Assembly (NCBI GenBank): GCA_043810595.1
Contig: JBDRNX010000032.1
Coordinates: forward strand, 38,219-102,218
Length of the DNA stretch: 64,000 bases
Direction of reading: 5' to 3'
Origin: an archaeon
GTDB lineage: Archaea > Nanobdellota > Nanobdellia > SCGC-AAA011-G17 > VGLX01
Under the pieces are notes generated by a model. The model was not told the origin of the DNA and searched no databases. It saw nothing but the letters and a program-made list of their open reading frames with translations. Below are positions 19,268 to 28,540 of the stretch, piece by piece (the first letter of the stretch is position 1; each line of letters starts with the position of its first letter). The translations under genes were made by a program, and so were the position numbers.

Positions 19268-20052
19268 TTTTTGAGGAGTTCCCCTTCGCCTCCTTCTTTT
19301 TTTATGACTTCTATCGCCTTGTTTGCTACTTCTTGTATTTCTTTTTCTCCTGTTTTGTAATCGCTTGTTGTTAGAACGAGTCTGTATTTCGGTGCGCTTA
19401 CGTAGCTTATTTCAAGCTCGTATTTCTTTTCTTTTGCTACCTTTTCAGCTTCTTTCAAGGCTTTTTTTATCAGCTCTATCCCTTCTGGTGATTCGCTTGT
19501 GAGCATTAACGATGTTTCTATCTTTACTTTTATTGGTTTTATCTTGTCTTTTAGTATTTCTTCAAATGTTTTTTGGTATTTTTTTGGTACCTTTGCTTTT
19601 TCCATTGTTGTCGTGCCTGCTATGAATTCCTGGAAGAACGTGTTGAAGTTTCCGTACTCTTCCACTATGCCTTTGCCGAATTCGTTGTAAATTTCTTGCA
19701 CAGTTGTTTTTGTTTTTTGTGCCAACCCTTCAAGAATCTTTTCTGCTCTCTGCTCCTGTTTGTATTCCTCGTTTTTGTGTTTTTTTACTGATAAGGGTAC
19801 TCTTCTTAGAGAGAGGTCTATCTGTCCTTTTTCTTTGTTTATCCTTAAAACCTTGCACACGAGTTTTCTTCCTTCTTTTACGAAATCTCTTATGTTTCTT
19901 ATTCTTCCCGGTGAGATTTCCGATATGTGTATCATCGCTTCCTTGTTTTCGTACTCGTCCAGGTCAACAAAAACTGAGTGTGGGAATATTTTCTTGACTG
20001 TGCAGATTACGAATTCTCCTTCTTCCGGTATTCCTGATTTCTTGTAGAACAT
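19264..20052 (-). CDS. eif2a: Translation initiation factor 2 alpha subunit (aIF2-alpha)
   Basis: N-terminal S1 domain (GEFVICTVKKIFPHSVFVDLDEYENKEAMIHISEIS). Sits in the conserved L44e-S27e-aIF2a-Nop10 operon. Confidence 0.85.
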   Translation of the reverse strand: MFYKKSGIPEEGEFVICTVKKIFPHSVFVDLDEYENKEAMIHISEISPGRIRNIRDFVKEGRKLVCKVLRINKEKGQIDLSLRRVPLSVKKHKNEEYKQEQRAEKILEGLAQKTKTTVQEIYNEFGKGIVEEYGNFNTFFQEFIAGTTTMEKAKVPKKYQKTFEEILKDKIKPIKVKIETSLMLTSESPEGIELIKKALKEAEKVAKEKKYELEISYVSAPKYRLVLTTSDYKTGEKEIQEVANKAIEVIKKEGGEGELLKK

Positions 20053-20095
20053 CTTTATTTTTTATGAAAAGGTTTGTTTTTAAGGTTTTCTATGT

Positions 20096-20284
20096 TTACT
20101 CGAGAACTTCCAGTATTCTTGCCTTTATTCTTCCCTTGCCGCCTGTTGGGTCACTGAGGGCTTTGTCGCATACTAGGCATTTTACTACACTACTTGCTTT
20201 GCCGAATATTATCTGTTCGTTTTTGCACTTCGGGCATCTTACCTTAATGAATTTGCTTTTTGATTCCTTTGGTTGTTCTTCCAT
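20096..20284 (-). CDS. rps27e: Ribosomal protein S27e
   Basis: C4 zinc finger (KVRCPKCKNEQIIFGKASSVVKCLVCDKAL). Confidence 0.85.
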   Translation of the reverse strand: MEEQPKESKSKFIKVRCPKCKNEQIIFGKASSVVKCLVCDKALSDPTGGKGRIKARILEVLE

Positions 20285-20285
20285 T

Positions 20286-20594
20286 TTACTTGAACTCCGT
20301 CCTCTTTGCCCTTATTCCTGCTTTTTGAACATGTGTTTTGCCGCAAACTTTGCACTTGAACCTCAAGTCTGTCTTCTTGCTTGATTTTACTCCTGACATC
20401 TTTGGTTTTGTTGGCTTTGAGCCGTACTTTCCCAAGTTTCCAAAACCTCTTCCTTTGCCCCTGTACCTGGCTCTCGCTATGGATCCCCTCTTGAGGCTTC
20501 CTCTCTTGCCTCCCCTCTTTGCCATTGCCACGCTGTGTTCCGTGTGTTTTTTGCAAAACGGGCAGTATCTTTTCTTTGCTTTTGGCAGTTTCAT
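20286..20594 (-). CDS. rpl44e: Ribosomal protein L44e
   Basis: KRYCPFCKKHTEHSV...KCKVCGK. Confidence 0.85.
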   Translation of the reverse strand: MKLPKAKKRYCPFCKKHTEHSVAMAKRGGKRGSLKRGSIARARYRGKGRGFGNLGKYGSKPTKPKMSGVKSSKKTDLRFKCKVCGKTHVQKAGIRAKRTEFK

Positions 20595-21208
20595 TTTATT
20601 TGTTCTACTCGATTTTTCTTTATCAGCACGTTAGCAACCTTTGTTGGTAGGGCTGCCATGTCCTCTTCGTCGTAAGGTCCGTAAACATTCAGGTCATCAC
20701 CGATGAACTTCGGTGTGGGGCTAATGAACCTCACTAATTTTGTTTCTAACTTTTTGTCGCTTTTTAACTCTTTCGGTTTTTCGGGTTCTTCTATTTTCGG
20801 GTGGTTAACTTGCAGGATGTTATTCAGCACCCCTTTTCTGTATCTTAGCATCGTGTCTCTTACCTCCCTGAATAGCCCCTTTTCTTCAGGCAGTATTTCT
20901 GGCAGCTCTGCTGTCTCTCCCATCAATGCTGCCACTCTCGCAAGTTGTATTATCTTGCTCTCCCTCTTTTCGTACAGTTCTTTCAGTATTTTCTTTACGT
21001 TTTCGACTGTTTTCTGGGTCTTTTGGAGTTCTGCTGAAGCGAATATGCTTGTTTTGCTCTGTTGGGATTCTAATAGGCTTGTTTTTTCTGCCAGGTATTT
21101 TACGACGTCTGAGTAGAATGTCGGTTCGAGCTGTTGGAGCTCGTTTTTGTATTTCTCCCTCCTGAGGATCTCATAGAGGGTTTCGAAAACTATCTTCACC
21201 TCTGTCAT
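20591..21208 (-). CDS. GINS-subunit-like protein (Gins51/Gins15-like, A then B domain order)
   Basis: N-terminal helical LYEILRREKYKNELQQLEPTFYSDVVKYL. C-terminal VRFISPTPKFIGDDLNVYGPYDEEDMAALPTKVANVLIKK resembles the GINS B-domain. Assignment by eye only. Confidence 0.4.
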   Translation of the reverse strand: MTEVKIVFETLYEILRREKYKNELQQLEPTFYSDVVKYLAEKTSLLESQQSKTSIFASAELQKTQKTVENVKKILKELYEKRESKIIQLARVAALMGETAELPEILPEEKGLFREVRDTMLRYRKGVLNNILQVNHPKIEEPEKPKELKSDKKLETKLVRFISPTPKFIGDDLNVYGPYDEEDMAALPTKVANVLIKKNRVEQIK

Positions 21209-21316
21209 ATTTAGTCTGATTTTTGTTTTATTAAAAAAGTTTTGTGTTTTGTAATGGTTATTTTTTCAAAGGTTAGATTTAAATACCTTTCTTGGTAAGG
21301 AAAAACGGGGGTTTTT

Positions 21317-23023
21317 ATGCAATCTAGGGTCAGGAAAGAAGATAATCTTGCTATTTTGAAGCGTAATGATACTTACATGAAGGATGATGTTTTGAGGGTT
21401 CTTGAGCCTTCTTACCTCACTCCGGGCAGGGGAGTTACTCGCAGGATAGATTCTTTTATAGGGGGTTTGGACGGAAAGCCTGTTACCGGTACGGATATTC
21501 ACAATTTTTATCGTAAGACCTTGAATTGGGAAAAGCTTTATGACGTAGCCAATTCTGCGGGGGTTTCCAGTTCTATAGTTAACGATTTTCTGGGGAAGCA
21601 TCCTAATTACGGTATTAAGGTTTTTACAGGAGTTCAGAATTTTGTTATTTGCAACCCCTTGGTTGTTAAGGAGTTGGGCGGTCCTGTCAAGAAGTTTTCA
21701 AAGCGTCTCAGTCAGAGCATAAGCAAGAAGCTGGAATTGATTTGTGGTGATGTTTTTGTTAAGTTTGATGATATGAAGTCTAAAGATATTGATTACTGGA
21801 AGCTTAAGCCTTTTTTTGATAGTCACGTTAAGAGTTTCAAGGGGGATTTTATTCCTGCTTCCCGGGTTGTTTTGCGTGACGGTAAGTCTGAAGGTGTGGC
21901 TTACTTCAACAGGGAGTTTTATAACATACTTGTTAAGAGCTCTTACAACGGCATAACAATAAACAAATACCCTGAGCCGAGTCAGAGGTTTGATATGTCA
22001 GACCTTTTGAAAGAGCCAACTATCTACAATTTTCCAAAAGAACGAAGGCTCTTGACTCGTGAGGAGGAAGTTGAGTTGAGTAATAAATTCTTAACCATTT
22101 TGGGTAAGATAAGGAAGGTAGAGTCTAGGATTGGTTTGTCATCTGTTGGTATTAAGCGTGTTGCAAAATTGATGGGTGATGCTTATTCTTATGTTTCAAC
22201 GGATAAGAAGAGGTTTAGTAAGGGGGCTCTTGATGCAGCTCTTAGTAAGATTTCTGAACTTGAGGACCATGCTAATTATTATGGTTCCATAATGTTGTGG
22301 CATAATCACGGTTTAATAAGGAAGCGTGCTATTCATTTCGCGAGTTATGCTAAATCTATTACGAGGGATGAGTTGGAACAGGAGGGGAGGCTTGGTGTGA
22401 TGCGTGCATTTAAGAAGTTTGATCCTTCAAAAGGTTATAAGTTCTCTACTTATGCTTCTTGGTGGATCGATCAGGCCATGATCCGGGAGATAATTGATAG
22501 GGATAATCTGATTAGGGTGCCAGTTTACTTGAACGAGTTGATTAATAAGACAAATAGGGTTATGAGAAAGTTTTTTGCTGAGAATAATCGCATCCCTGAC
22601 GATGAGGAGGTTTCAAGTATGATTGGTCTCCCTGTGGAGTATGTTAAGCGGAGCCGTGATGCTTGTGCGGTTAGGAAAACATCTTCTTTGAATAGGGTTG
22701 TTGTTGAGGACGGTGACTCAGAATTGGAATCGTTGGTTGTTTATGATAAGTATAGTAATCCTGAAGAGGAGATTATAGCTAGAATAGACCAGAGCAGCAG
22801 GTCTAAGGAGATTGATAGAATCCTTTCCATTTTGTCTTTTAGGGAGGCGGATATTCTGAAGAAGAGGTTTGGTATAGGCTGCAAAAGTGAGTTAACTCTT
22901 GCAGAGGTGGGTAAAAGTTATGTGCTCACCAGGCAGCGTATAAAGCAGATTGAAGAAGATGCTTTGAACAAGTTGAAGAAAAAATACGGGGATAAGCCTG
23001 AAATCAGGTCTTTCCTACAGTAA
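21317..23023 (+). CDS. Bacterial-type sigma-70 family RNA polymerase sigma factor with a ~235-aa N-terminal extension of unknown function
   Basis: Region 1.2 ([15 protein letters not shown]). Region 2 ([14 protein letters not shown]...[52 protein letters not shown]). Region 3 ([37 protein letters not shown]). Region 4.2 HTH ([50 protein letters not shown]). Confidence 0.8.
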   Translation: MQSRVRKEDNLAILKRNDTYMKDDVLRVLEPSYLTPGRGVTRRIDSFIGGLDGKPVTGTDIHNFYRKTLNWEKLYDVANSAGVSSSIVNDFLGKHPNYGIKVFTGVQNFVICNPLVVKELGGPVKKFSKRLSQSISKKLELICGDVFVKFDDMKSKDIDYWKLKPFFDSHVKSFKGDFIPASRVVLRDGKSEGVAYFNREFYNILVKSSYNGITINKYPEPSQRFDMSDLLKEPTIYNFPKERRLLTREEEVELSNKFLTILGKIRKVESRIGLSSVGIKRVAKLMGDAYSYVSTDKKRFSKGALDAALSKISELEDHANYYGSIMLWHNHGLIRKRAIHFASYAKSITRDELEQEGRLGVMRAFKKFDPSKGYKFSTYASWWIDQAMIREIIDRDNLIRVPVYLNELINKTNRVMRKFFAENNRIPDDEEVSSMIGLPVEYVKRSRDACAVRKTSSLNRVVVEDGDSELESLVVYDKYSNPEEEIIARIDQSSRSKEIDRILSILSFREADILKKRFGIGCKSELTLAEVGKSYVLTRQRIKQIEEDALNKLKKKYGDKPEIRSFLQ

Positions 23024-24121
23024 TTTTAGCAGTTCTCTTCCGTAAATTTTCATTCCCTTCTTGCATTCTTTTTCGCTGAAGTTTTTTGCTTTGCTTTTCT
23101 CTTTTCCGTAAATCAGGAAAGGTACTGGAAGTTTTGAGTGTGCTTTCAGTTTGCATTCTGTTGAGTGGTCTCCTGTTACGCATATGACTGCGTTTAATTT
23201 TTTTACTCTACTTATGAATTCCCTGTCTATTTTCTCTATGGCTTTCACTTTCCCTTTGACATCTCCTTGGTGCGCGTATGTATCAGGTCCTTTTATCTGC
23301 AGGTAGAAGTTGTCGTATTTGTTGAAGTTTTTCTTTATCGTTTCAAAAGTTTTTTTGAGGTCTGGGCTTTTTGACAGTATCTTCATTCCGGCTAGTTTTC
23401 CTACACCAATTTCTACTGGCATGTCAGCAAGCAAAGCCCACTTTCCCTTAAGCTTTTTCAGTTTTGGCAGTCTATTCCCACAGCCCCTCATTATTATTGT
23501 TTTGTTTTTCAGGGCTTTTTCTACCTTTTTTGTGAATTCGTTGATTGTCCTGGCTGTTTCTTCTGCATTTTTTTCTAATGCCTTGCACCTCAGCACCCTT
23601 AACTTTCTTCCTCTTATAGGTAGTGCTGTTGAGACGTAGTTTTTTGCTATCCTGTACCCTGGGTGGGTGTTCGTTACTCTAGGCGAGCTTTTTGTTTTTA
23701 TTTTCATTATAGCCCTGTAATCTACTGTGGGTATTATCTTTATTTTTTCATCGCTGAATTTTTTTGCATATCTTTTTACCTGTTTTTCTGTTGCTCCCTG
23801 TATCCTTGTTATTATCCCTTTTTTTGTTTCGGAGAAGTTGCACCGTGCCACAGCTCCGTCTATTTTTATCCCCGCTCCGTGTGCTTCGATCACGCCTCTT
23901 CCTGTGTGCACTTTGAACGGGTCAAATCCCAGAAGCGTTATCATTGCTTCGTCAGATTCTGGTGCTATGTTTTTTGCTATTACCGTAATCATCCCCACTT
24001 TCCCTTCTCTTGCCATGAAGTCCATGTGGGGTGTTTTTGCTTTTTCTAGCGGTGTTTTGTTTCCCAGTTCTTTGTATTTGGAATCCCCGAGTCCGTCTAG
24101 CAGTACTATTATTTTTTTCAT
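23015..24121 (-). CDS. apgM: Cofactor-independent phosphoglycerate mutase, archaeal type (ApgM)
   Basis: [14 protein letters not shown]...[17 protein letters not shown]-terminus of the metalloenzyme-superfamily archaeal PGM. Confidence 0.7.
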   Translation of the reverse strand: MKKIIVLLDGLGDSKYKELGNKTPLEKAKTPHMDFMAREGKVGMITVIAKNIAPESDEAMITLLGFDPFKVHTGRGVIEAHGAGIKIDGAVARCNFSETKKGIITRIQGATEKQVKRYAKKFSDEKIKIIPTVDYRAIMKIKTKSSPRVTNTHPGYRIAKNYVSTALPIRGRKLRVLRCKALEKNAEETARTINEFTKKVEKALKNKTIIMRGCGNRLPKLKKLKGKWALLADMPVEIGVGKLAGMKILSKSPDLKKTFETIKKNFNKYDNFYLQIKGPDTYAHQGDVKGKVKAIEKIDREFISRVKKLNAVICVTGDHSTECKLKAHSKLPVPFLIYGKEKSKAKNFSEKECKKGMKIYGRELLKLL

Positions 24122-24432
24122 AGTGTTTTTATTATTGTAAACAGAAGCAGCATACCTATCAGGATGAATATTACTCCTACATATTTGTTAACTTCTCTCT
24201 TTTTTTGTTCATTTACCGGAACGCCCATGCTGAACATTACCTTGTGTTTTATTGCCACGTAACCTGTTGTGATGAAGAATCCTCCGAAGAACAAAAGGAA
24301 TAGCATCCCTTGGAAGCTTTTCACTCCTGCTCTTGTGAAATACCCCCAAAGTGCTGAAAGAACGCACAGCATCAAAAGGTAGTTTGCGTACCAGTTGACT
24401 TTTTTAACATTACCCTTCTCTTTTTTTGCCAT
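24118..24432 (-). CDS. Small membrane protein
   Basis: Three predicted TM helices. Its stop overlaps the apgM start. Confidence 0.4.
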   Translation of the reverse strand: MAKKEKGNVKKVNWYANYLLMLCVLSALWGYFTRAGVKSFQGMLFLLFFGGFFITTGYVAIKHKVMFSMGVPVNEQKKREVNKYVGVIFILIGMLLLFTIIKTL

Positions 24433-24508
24433 GTTAATAACCTTCTTTTGAAAATATTTAAAACTTTCTAACCATAATTTTAAATAACTTCTTGTTTACT
24501 TCAATTTC

Positions 24509-25486
24509 ATGTACCTGATAAAGCAGCTTCCCGAGGATTTTATCGTAGAGGAGATTCCAAAAATCAAGTTAGGTAATGGTCCTTACACCTACTTCATCCT
24601 CGAGAAAAGGCTGTGGAATACTAACGATGCTATCAAGGCCATAGCTTCTAGGGTGAATGTTAAGGAAAAATACTTTAACGTTGCAGGCATTAAGGATAAG
24701 CAGGCTGTCACAAAGCAGTATGTTTCTGTGCTTAACGTTTCGAGGCAAAGGTTGGAGTCTTTGAAAATAAAAGACATTAAGATTAAGGTTGTTGGCAATG
24801 GCACTGAGAGGTTGAAGCTTGGTCAGCTTAAGGCCAATCATTTCAAGGTAATAGTCAGGAACCTTGAGAAGGAGTATGATAAGATTTCTTTTATTGAGAA
24901 TTATTATGACGATCAGAGGTTTGGGGGAAGGAATGCTATTCTCGGTAAGGCGTTGGTTAAGGGCAAGTATAGGAAGGCTTGTTATACGCTTCGTCTGAGG
25001 TGGGATAAGTCTGATTATCTTGGTTCGTTAAGAAAGCTTGGCAAGAAGTTGTTGAGGCTTTACGTTAATGCCTACCAGAGTTTACTGTTCAACCAGGCTT
25101 TGGCAGCCTACCTTAAGTCTAAATACAAGAAGTATTACACAGTTGATTATTCTAAAGGTGAGTTTGTTTTTTCGAATGAGAAGTTGAAGAATGGTACTTT
25201 TCCCATACTTGGCTTTTTGACGGATTTCAAAAACAAGGAAATTGCTAATATCTATGAAGATTTGATGAAGAAGGAAAAGTTGAGGAAAGAAGACTTCATA
25301 ATGAAGAGCACTCCTGAGTTGAGTTCTGAGGGTAATGAAAGGAAGATGTTTGTTACCGTCGATGATTTAAAGCTTTTATACTCCAAAGACGAGCTTCACA
25401 AGGGCAAGCTAAAGGCAGTTCTTGACTTTAAGCTTCCGCCCGGCAGCTATGCAACCTTGGTTATCAAAAAAATGTTTAATAAATAA
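24509..25486 (+). CDS. truD: tRNA pseudouridine(13) synthase TruD
   Basis: EDFIVEE and AGIKDKQAVTKQ motifs of the TruD family. Confidence 0.7.
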   Translation: MYLIKQLPEDFIVEEIPKIKLGNGPYTYFILEKRLWNTNDAIKAIASRVNVKEKYFNVAGIKDKQAVTKQYVSVLNVSRQRLESLKIKDIKIKVVGNGTERLKLGQLKANHFKVIVRNLEKEYDKISFIENYYDDQRFGGRNAILGKALVKGKYRKACYTLRLRWDKSDYLGSLRKLGKKLLRLYVNAYQSLLFNQALAAYLKSKYKKYYTVDYSKGEFVFSNEKLKNGTFPILGFLTDFKNKEIANIYEDLMKKEKLRKEDFIMKSTPELSSEGNERKMFVTVDDLKLLYSKDELHKGKLKAVLDFKLPPGSYATLVIKKMFNK

Positions 25487-25572
25487 CTATCAATTAGTAG
25501 TTACAAACAAAAGGTTTATAAATAGGTTAATAAGCTATTTTTTATACCTCGTCTAGGTATTTTGGGGGTTGT

Positions 25573-26430
25573 ATGTATCTGTTTCCATTTCAGGTTGGAA
25601 AGCGTAAGGATGGTCATATACTATCAACTGCTGATACAGATAGGGAAACCTATGATTTGTTGTCAAAATTCGGTTTCAAAACCTTCTACATCAATCCTGA
25701 AAACAGGACTCACGACGGAAAATCAAAGTTTTACATTCAATACGAGAACCTGAACCCTCCGATGGCTGCCATGAAGGTTTTTACTCCTTCCGGCAATAAG
25801 TTGGCCTGGCACCAGCAAGACGACCCAAAGTTTCAGCATTTCAAATGTGCTTGTTACGTCGGTGTCTTTGGCCTACCTGTACCCGATACGAAGTTGGATG
25901 ATAAACCTAGGTCTATGATCGAGGCGTTTAGGACCTTAAGAACTAAGTATAGCAATTTGGAAGAAATGGAGTTTGATGAAAAAGAGATGTCAACTATACC
26001 TTACACTAAATTGCTTCCTGACAGGAATTTCTTTGGCTACAGAATTGGTAAGGATAGAGCTGGTCATATTTTAAGGTCAAAATATCTTGAAAGTGAAATA
26101 GAGCTTTACCTCACTAATTTTGATGTGAGAAAACATTATGTAGATCCCGAGAATAAGACCCTGGACGGTTTTATGAAGGTCTATACGCAGCACCAATTAA
26201 TTGGTGGGGGTTTGAGTGTTTTTACTGTAAGGACACCTGACGGAAACATGTTAGACTTTTATGATAGGAAAGGCGAGTTAATTAAGTGTGGATGCTTAGT
26301 TGGATTCATAGGACTCCCCCCTGATGAGAAGAAGGAGAAGGGTAAGGAACTGCTTCAAATGTTTAGGAATATGATAAAGAAATATCATAAAGGTCTTGAA
26401 GACGTGGTTATAGGAGAAGAAAAAAGCTGA
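25573..26430 (+). CDS. Hypothetical protein built from two tandem ~135-aa repeats
   Basis: Repeat 1 (GKRKDGHILSTADTDRETYDLL...YINPENRTHDGK...KCACYVGVFGLPVPD) and repeat 2 (GKDRAGHILRSKYLESEIELYL...YVDPENKTLDGF...KCGCLVGFIGLPPD) are clearly homologous. Confidence 0.4.
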   Translation: MYLFPFQVGKRKDGHILSTADTDRETYDLLSKFGFKTFYINPENRTHDGKSKFYIQYENLNPPMAAMKVFTPSGNKLAWHQQDDPKFQHFKCACYVGVFGLPVPDTKLDDKPRSMIEAFRTLRTKYSNLEEMEFDEKEMSTIPYTKLLPDRNFFGYRIGKDRAGHILRSKYLESEIELYLTNFDVRKHYVDPENKTLDGFMKVYTQHQLIGGGLSVFTVRTPDGNMLDFYDRKGELIKCGCLVGFIGLPPDEKKEKGKELLQMFRNMIKKYHKGLEDVVIGEEKS

Positions 26431-26494
26431 TTTCATTGTAATGCATCTGTCTTTTTGACAATATTTATAAACCTTATTCATACCCCTTTTTTCT

Positions 26495-27658
26495 ATGTTT
26501 AAGTTTTTGAAAGACAAGCTTGCAGGAGCCCTCTCTAAGTTCACAAAGAAAGTGGAGGAAGCTCCTGAGGTCAAGGAAGAAAAGCCTGAATTAGTTGAGA
26601 AAGTAGAAGAAAAAATAGAGAAAAAGCCGGAAGTTGTTAAAGAAGAAATTCCTGAAAAGGTAGAAGAAAAAGAAGAAATTCCTGAGGTGAAGGAAGAGCC
26701 ACCCAAAATTGAAGAGAAGAAGGAAGTTGTAAAAGAAGAGCCCAAGGTAGAAGAGAAGAAACCTGAAAAAGTTGAAAAGAAGAAGGGTTTCTTTGCTAGG
26801 CTGACGGAAAAGGTCACAACGACAAAGATTTCTGAAAATAAATTTAACGAATTGTTCTGGGATTTGGAAGTTGTCTTAATGGAGAACAACGTGGCTGTTG
26901 AAGTGATTGATAAGATAAAAAGCGATTTGAAGAAGGATCTTGTTGAAGTTCCGATAAAGCGTTCGGATGTCAAAGAAGTTATAGTTAAGAGCTTGAAGTC
27001 GAGCATAGAGGATTTGTTCAGGGAGCCTGATTTTGATTTGGTTGCTGAAATAAAAAAATCTGAGAAGCCTTATGTTATTGTTTTCGTTGGCATTAACGGT
27101 TCTGGAAAGACGACTACCATCGCTAAGTTCGTTCAGTACTTGAAGAATAATCATCTTACTTCTGTGATCGCAGCTTCTGACACTTTCAGGGCTGCTGCCA
27201 TCCACCAGCTTGAGGAGCACGGAAGTAAGCTTGGTGTTAAGGTTGTCAAGCACGACTACGGTGCTGACCCTGCGGCTGTTGCTTTTGACGCTGAGAAGTA
27301 TGCCAAGGCTCATAACATAGATGTTGTTCTGATAGATACTGCCGGCAGGATGCACAGCAACGTTAACCTTATTAATGAGATGAAGAAGATCATGAGGGTT
27401 GCTAAGCCGAACCTTAAGATTTTTGTTGGTGAAGCTATCACTGGTAACGACTGCGTTGAGCAGGCTAAAACTTTTAACGAGGCCGTAACACTTGACGGTA
27501 TAGTTCTTGCTAAGGCAGACATAGATGAGAAAGGCGGTGCAGCTATTTCTGTTAGTTACATTACTGGTAAGCCGATAATGTTCTTGGGTGTAGGTCAGGG
27601 GTATGGTGATCTGGAGAAGTTTGATAAGTACAAAATAATTAAGTCGATAGGACTTTAA
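26495..27658 (+). CDS. ftsY: Signal recognition particle receptor FtsY
   Basis: Lys/Glu-rich N-terminal A domain. NG domain with VIVFVGINGSGKTTTIAK, DTAGR and GKPIMFLGVGQ. Confidence 0.9.
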   Translation: MFKFLKDKLAGALSKFTKKVEEAPEVKEEKPELVEKVEEKIEKKPEVVKEEIPEKVEEKEEIPEVKEEPPKIEEKKEVVKEEPKVEEKKPEKVEKKKGFFARLTEKVTTTKISENKFNELFWDLEVVLMENNVAVEVIDKIKSDLKKDLVEVPIKRSDVKEVIVKSLKSSIEDLFREPDFDLVAEIKKSEKPYVIVFVGINGSGKTTTIAKFVQYLKNNHLTSVIAASDTFRAAAIHQLEEHGSKLGVKVVKHDYGADPAAVAFDAEKYAKAHNIDVVLIDTAGRMHSNVNLINEMKKIMRVAKPNLKIFVGEAITGNDCVEQAKTFNEAVTLDGIVLAKADIDEKGGAAISVSYITGKPIMFLGVGQGYGDLEKFDKYKIIKSIGL

Positions 27659-27691
27659 TTTTAAAAAATAGTAACTTTTTTATACTCGCCT

Positions 27692-28375
27692 TTGTTAACA
27701 CTTTCTATGGTTAAAAAATGGTGTCCTCTTATTATTTTATTACTTAGTTCTCTTTTTCTTGTTTTTTTGTTGGCTGGTTGTCAACAACCAGTTAAGTATG
27801 TTTGTTCTGACGGATCTGTAGTTAGTGACGCTTCGCTGTGTCCGATAGAAGAGGAAGAGACTGAGATTCCAATAACTACACCAGAAATAACCCCTACAGA
27901 TACCTTTGTTATGAAGATTAGTGAGTCTGTGGATTTTGAAGGCAAGACAATTAAGCTGTTGGATGTTTCAAATGATGGTAAGACTTTGGTGGATGTTTCT
28001 GGGGTTACCCGTGAGATTATGTCCACCAAGCAGGTGGAGATTGTTAATGGCTTGGAGGTTGTTGTGCTTAGCATAAATTACGTTAACACAGATCCCGATT
28101 CTAGCATGGCTACTCTGAAGTTTAGTCCGCTAACTCTCGGCTATGACGAGTACTTGTTTTACGTAGACAAGCCCCAGTCTATCGAGGGCATTGAGGTCAC
28201 TCTTACAGGTGTCGCGTCTTCTTATATACTAATCGACACGGATGATGTGTCTGGTATGAAAATCTACCCTGGAAGCTCTAAGATTGTTTCTGGCTTGAAC
28301 ATAACAAACTTCAAGGCTTTCCCTCGCGGCGTGAGAGCAGAGGACTATGCTATTCTGATAATTACTAAAGCTTAA
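27692..28375 (+). CDS. Lipoprotein-like secreted hypothetical protein
   Basis: Signal peptide with lipobox-like LAGC. Confidence 0.4.
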   Translation: MLTLSMVKKWCPLIILLLSSLFLVFLLAGCQQPVKYVCSDGSVVSDASLCPIEEEETEIPITTPEITPTDTFVMKISESVDFEGKTIKLLDVSNDGKTLVDVSGVTREIMSTKQVEIVNGLEVVVLSINYVNTDPDSSMATLKFSPLTLGYDEYLFYVDKPQSIEGIEVTLTGVASSYILIDTDDVSGMKIYPGSSKIVSGLNITNFKAFPRGVRAEDYAILIITKA

Positions 28376-28540
28376 TGTTTTTTATCCATTCTTTTATTTT
28401 ATTTTCCAATTTTATCTCTCTTGCCAGAATTTCTGCTGCCCTCTTCGTTGTCCCGGTTCTAGAGTAGAATACAACCAGTTTTTTCATGTATTTCTTTAAA
28501 AACCCCAAATTTTATAAATTTAACCTCTCTCAGCCTTATT

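Noticed and set aside
26560-26800. Periodic GAAGAAAAAGAAGAAATTCCTGAG-like repeats
   Set aside because: They are a Lys/Glu/Pro-rich low-complexity coding region of the FtsY acidic A-domain. This is not a mobile element or regulatory repeat.
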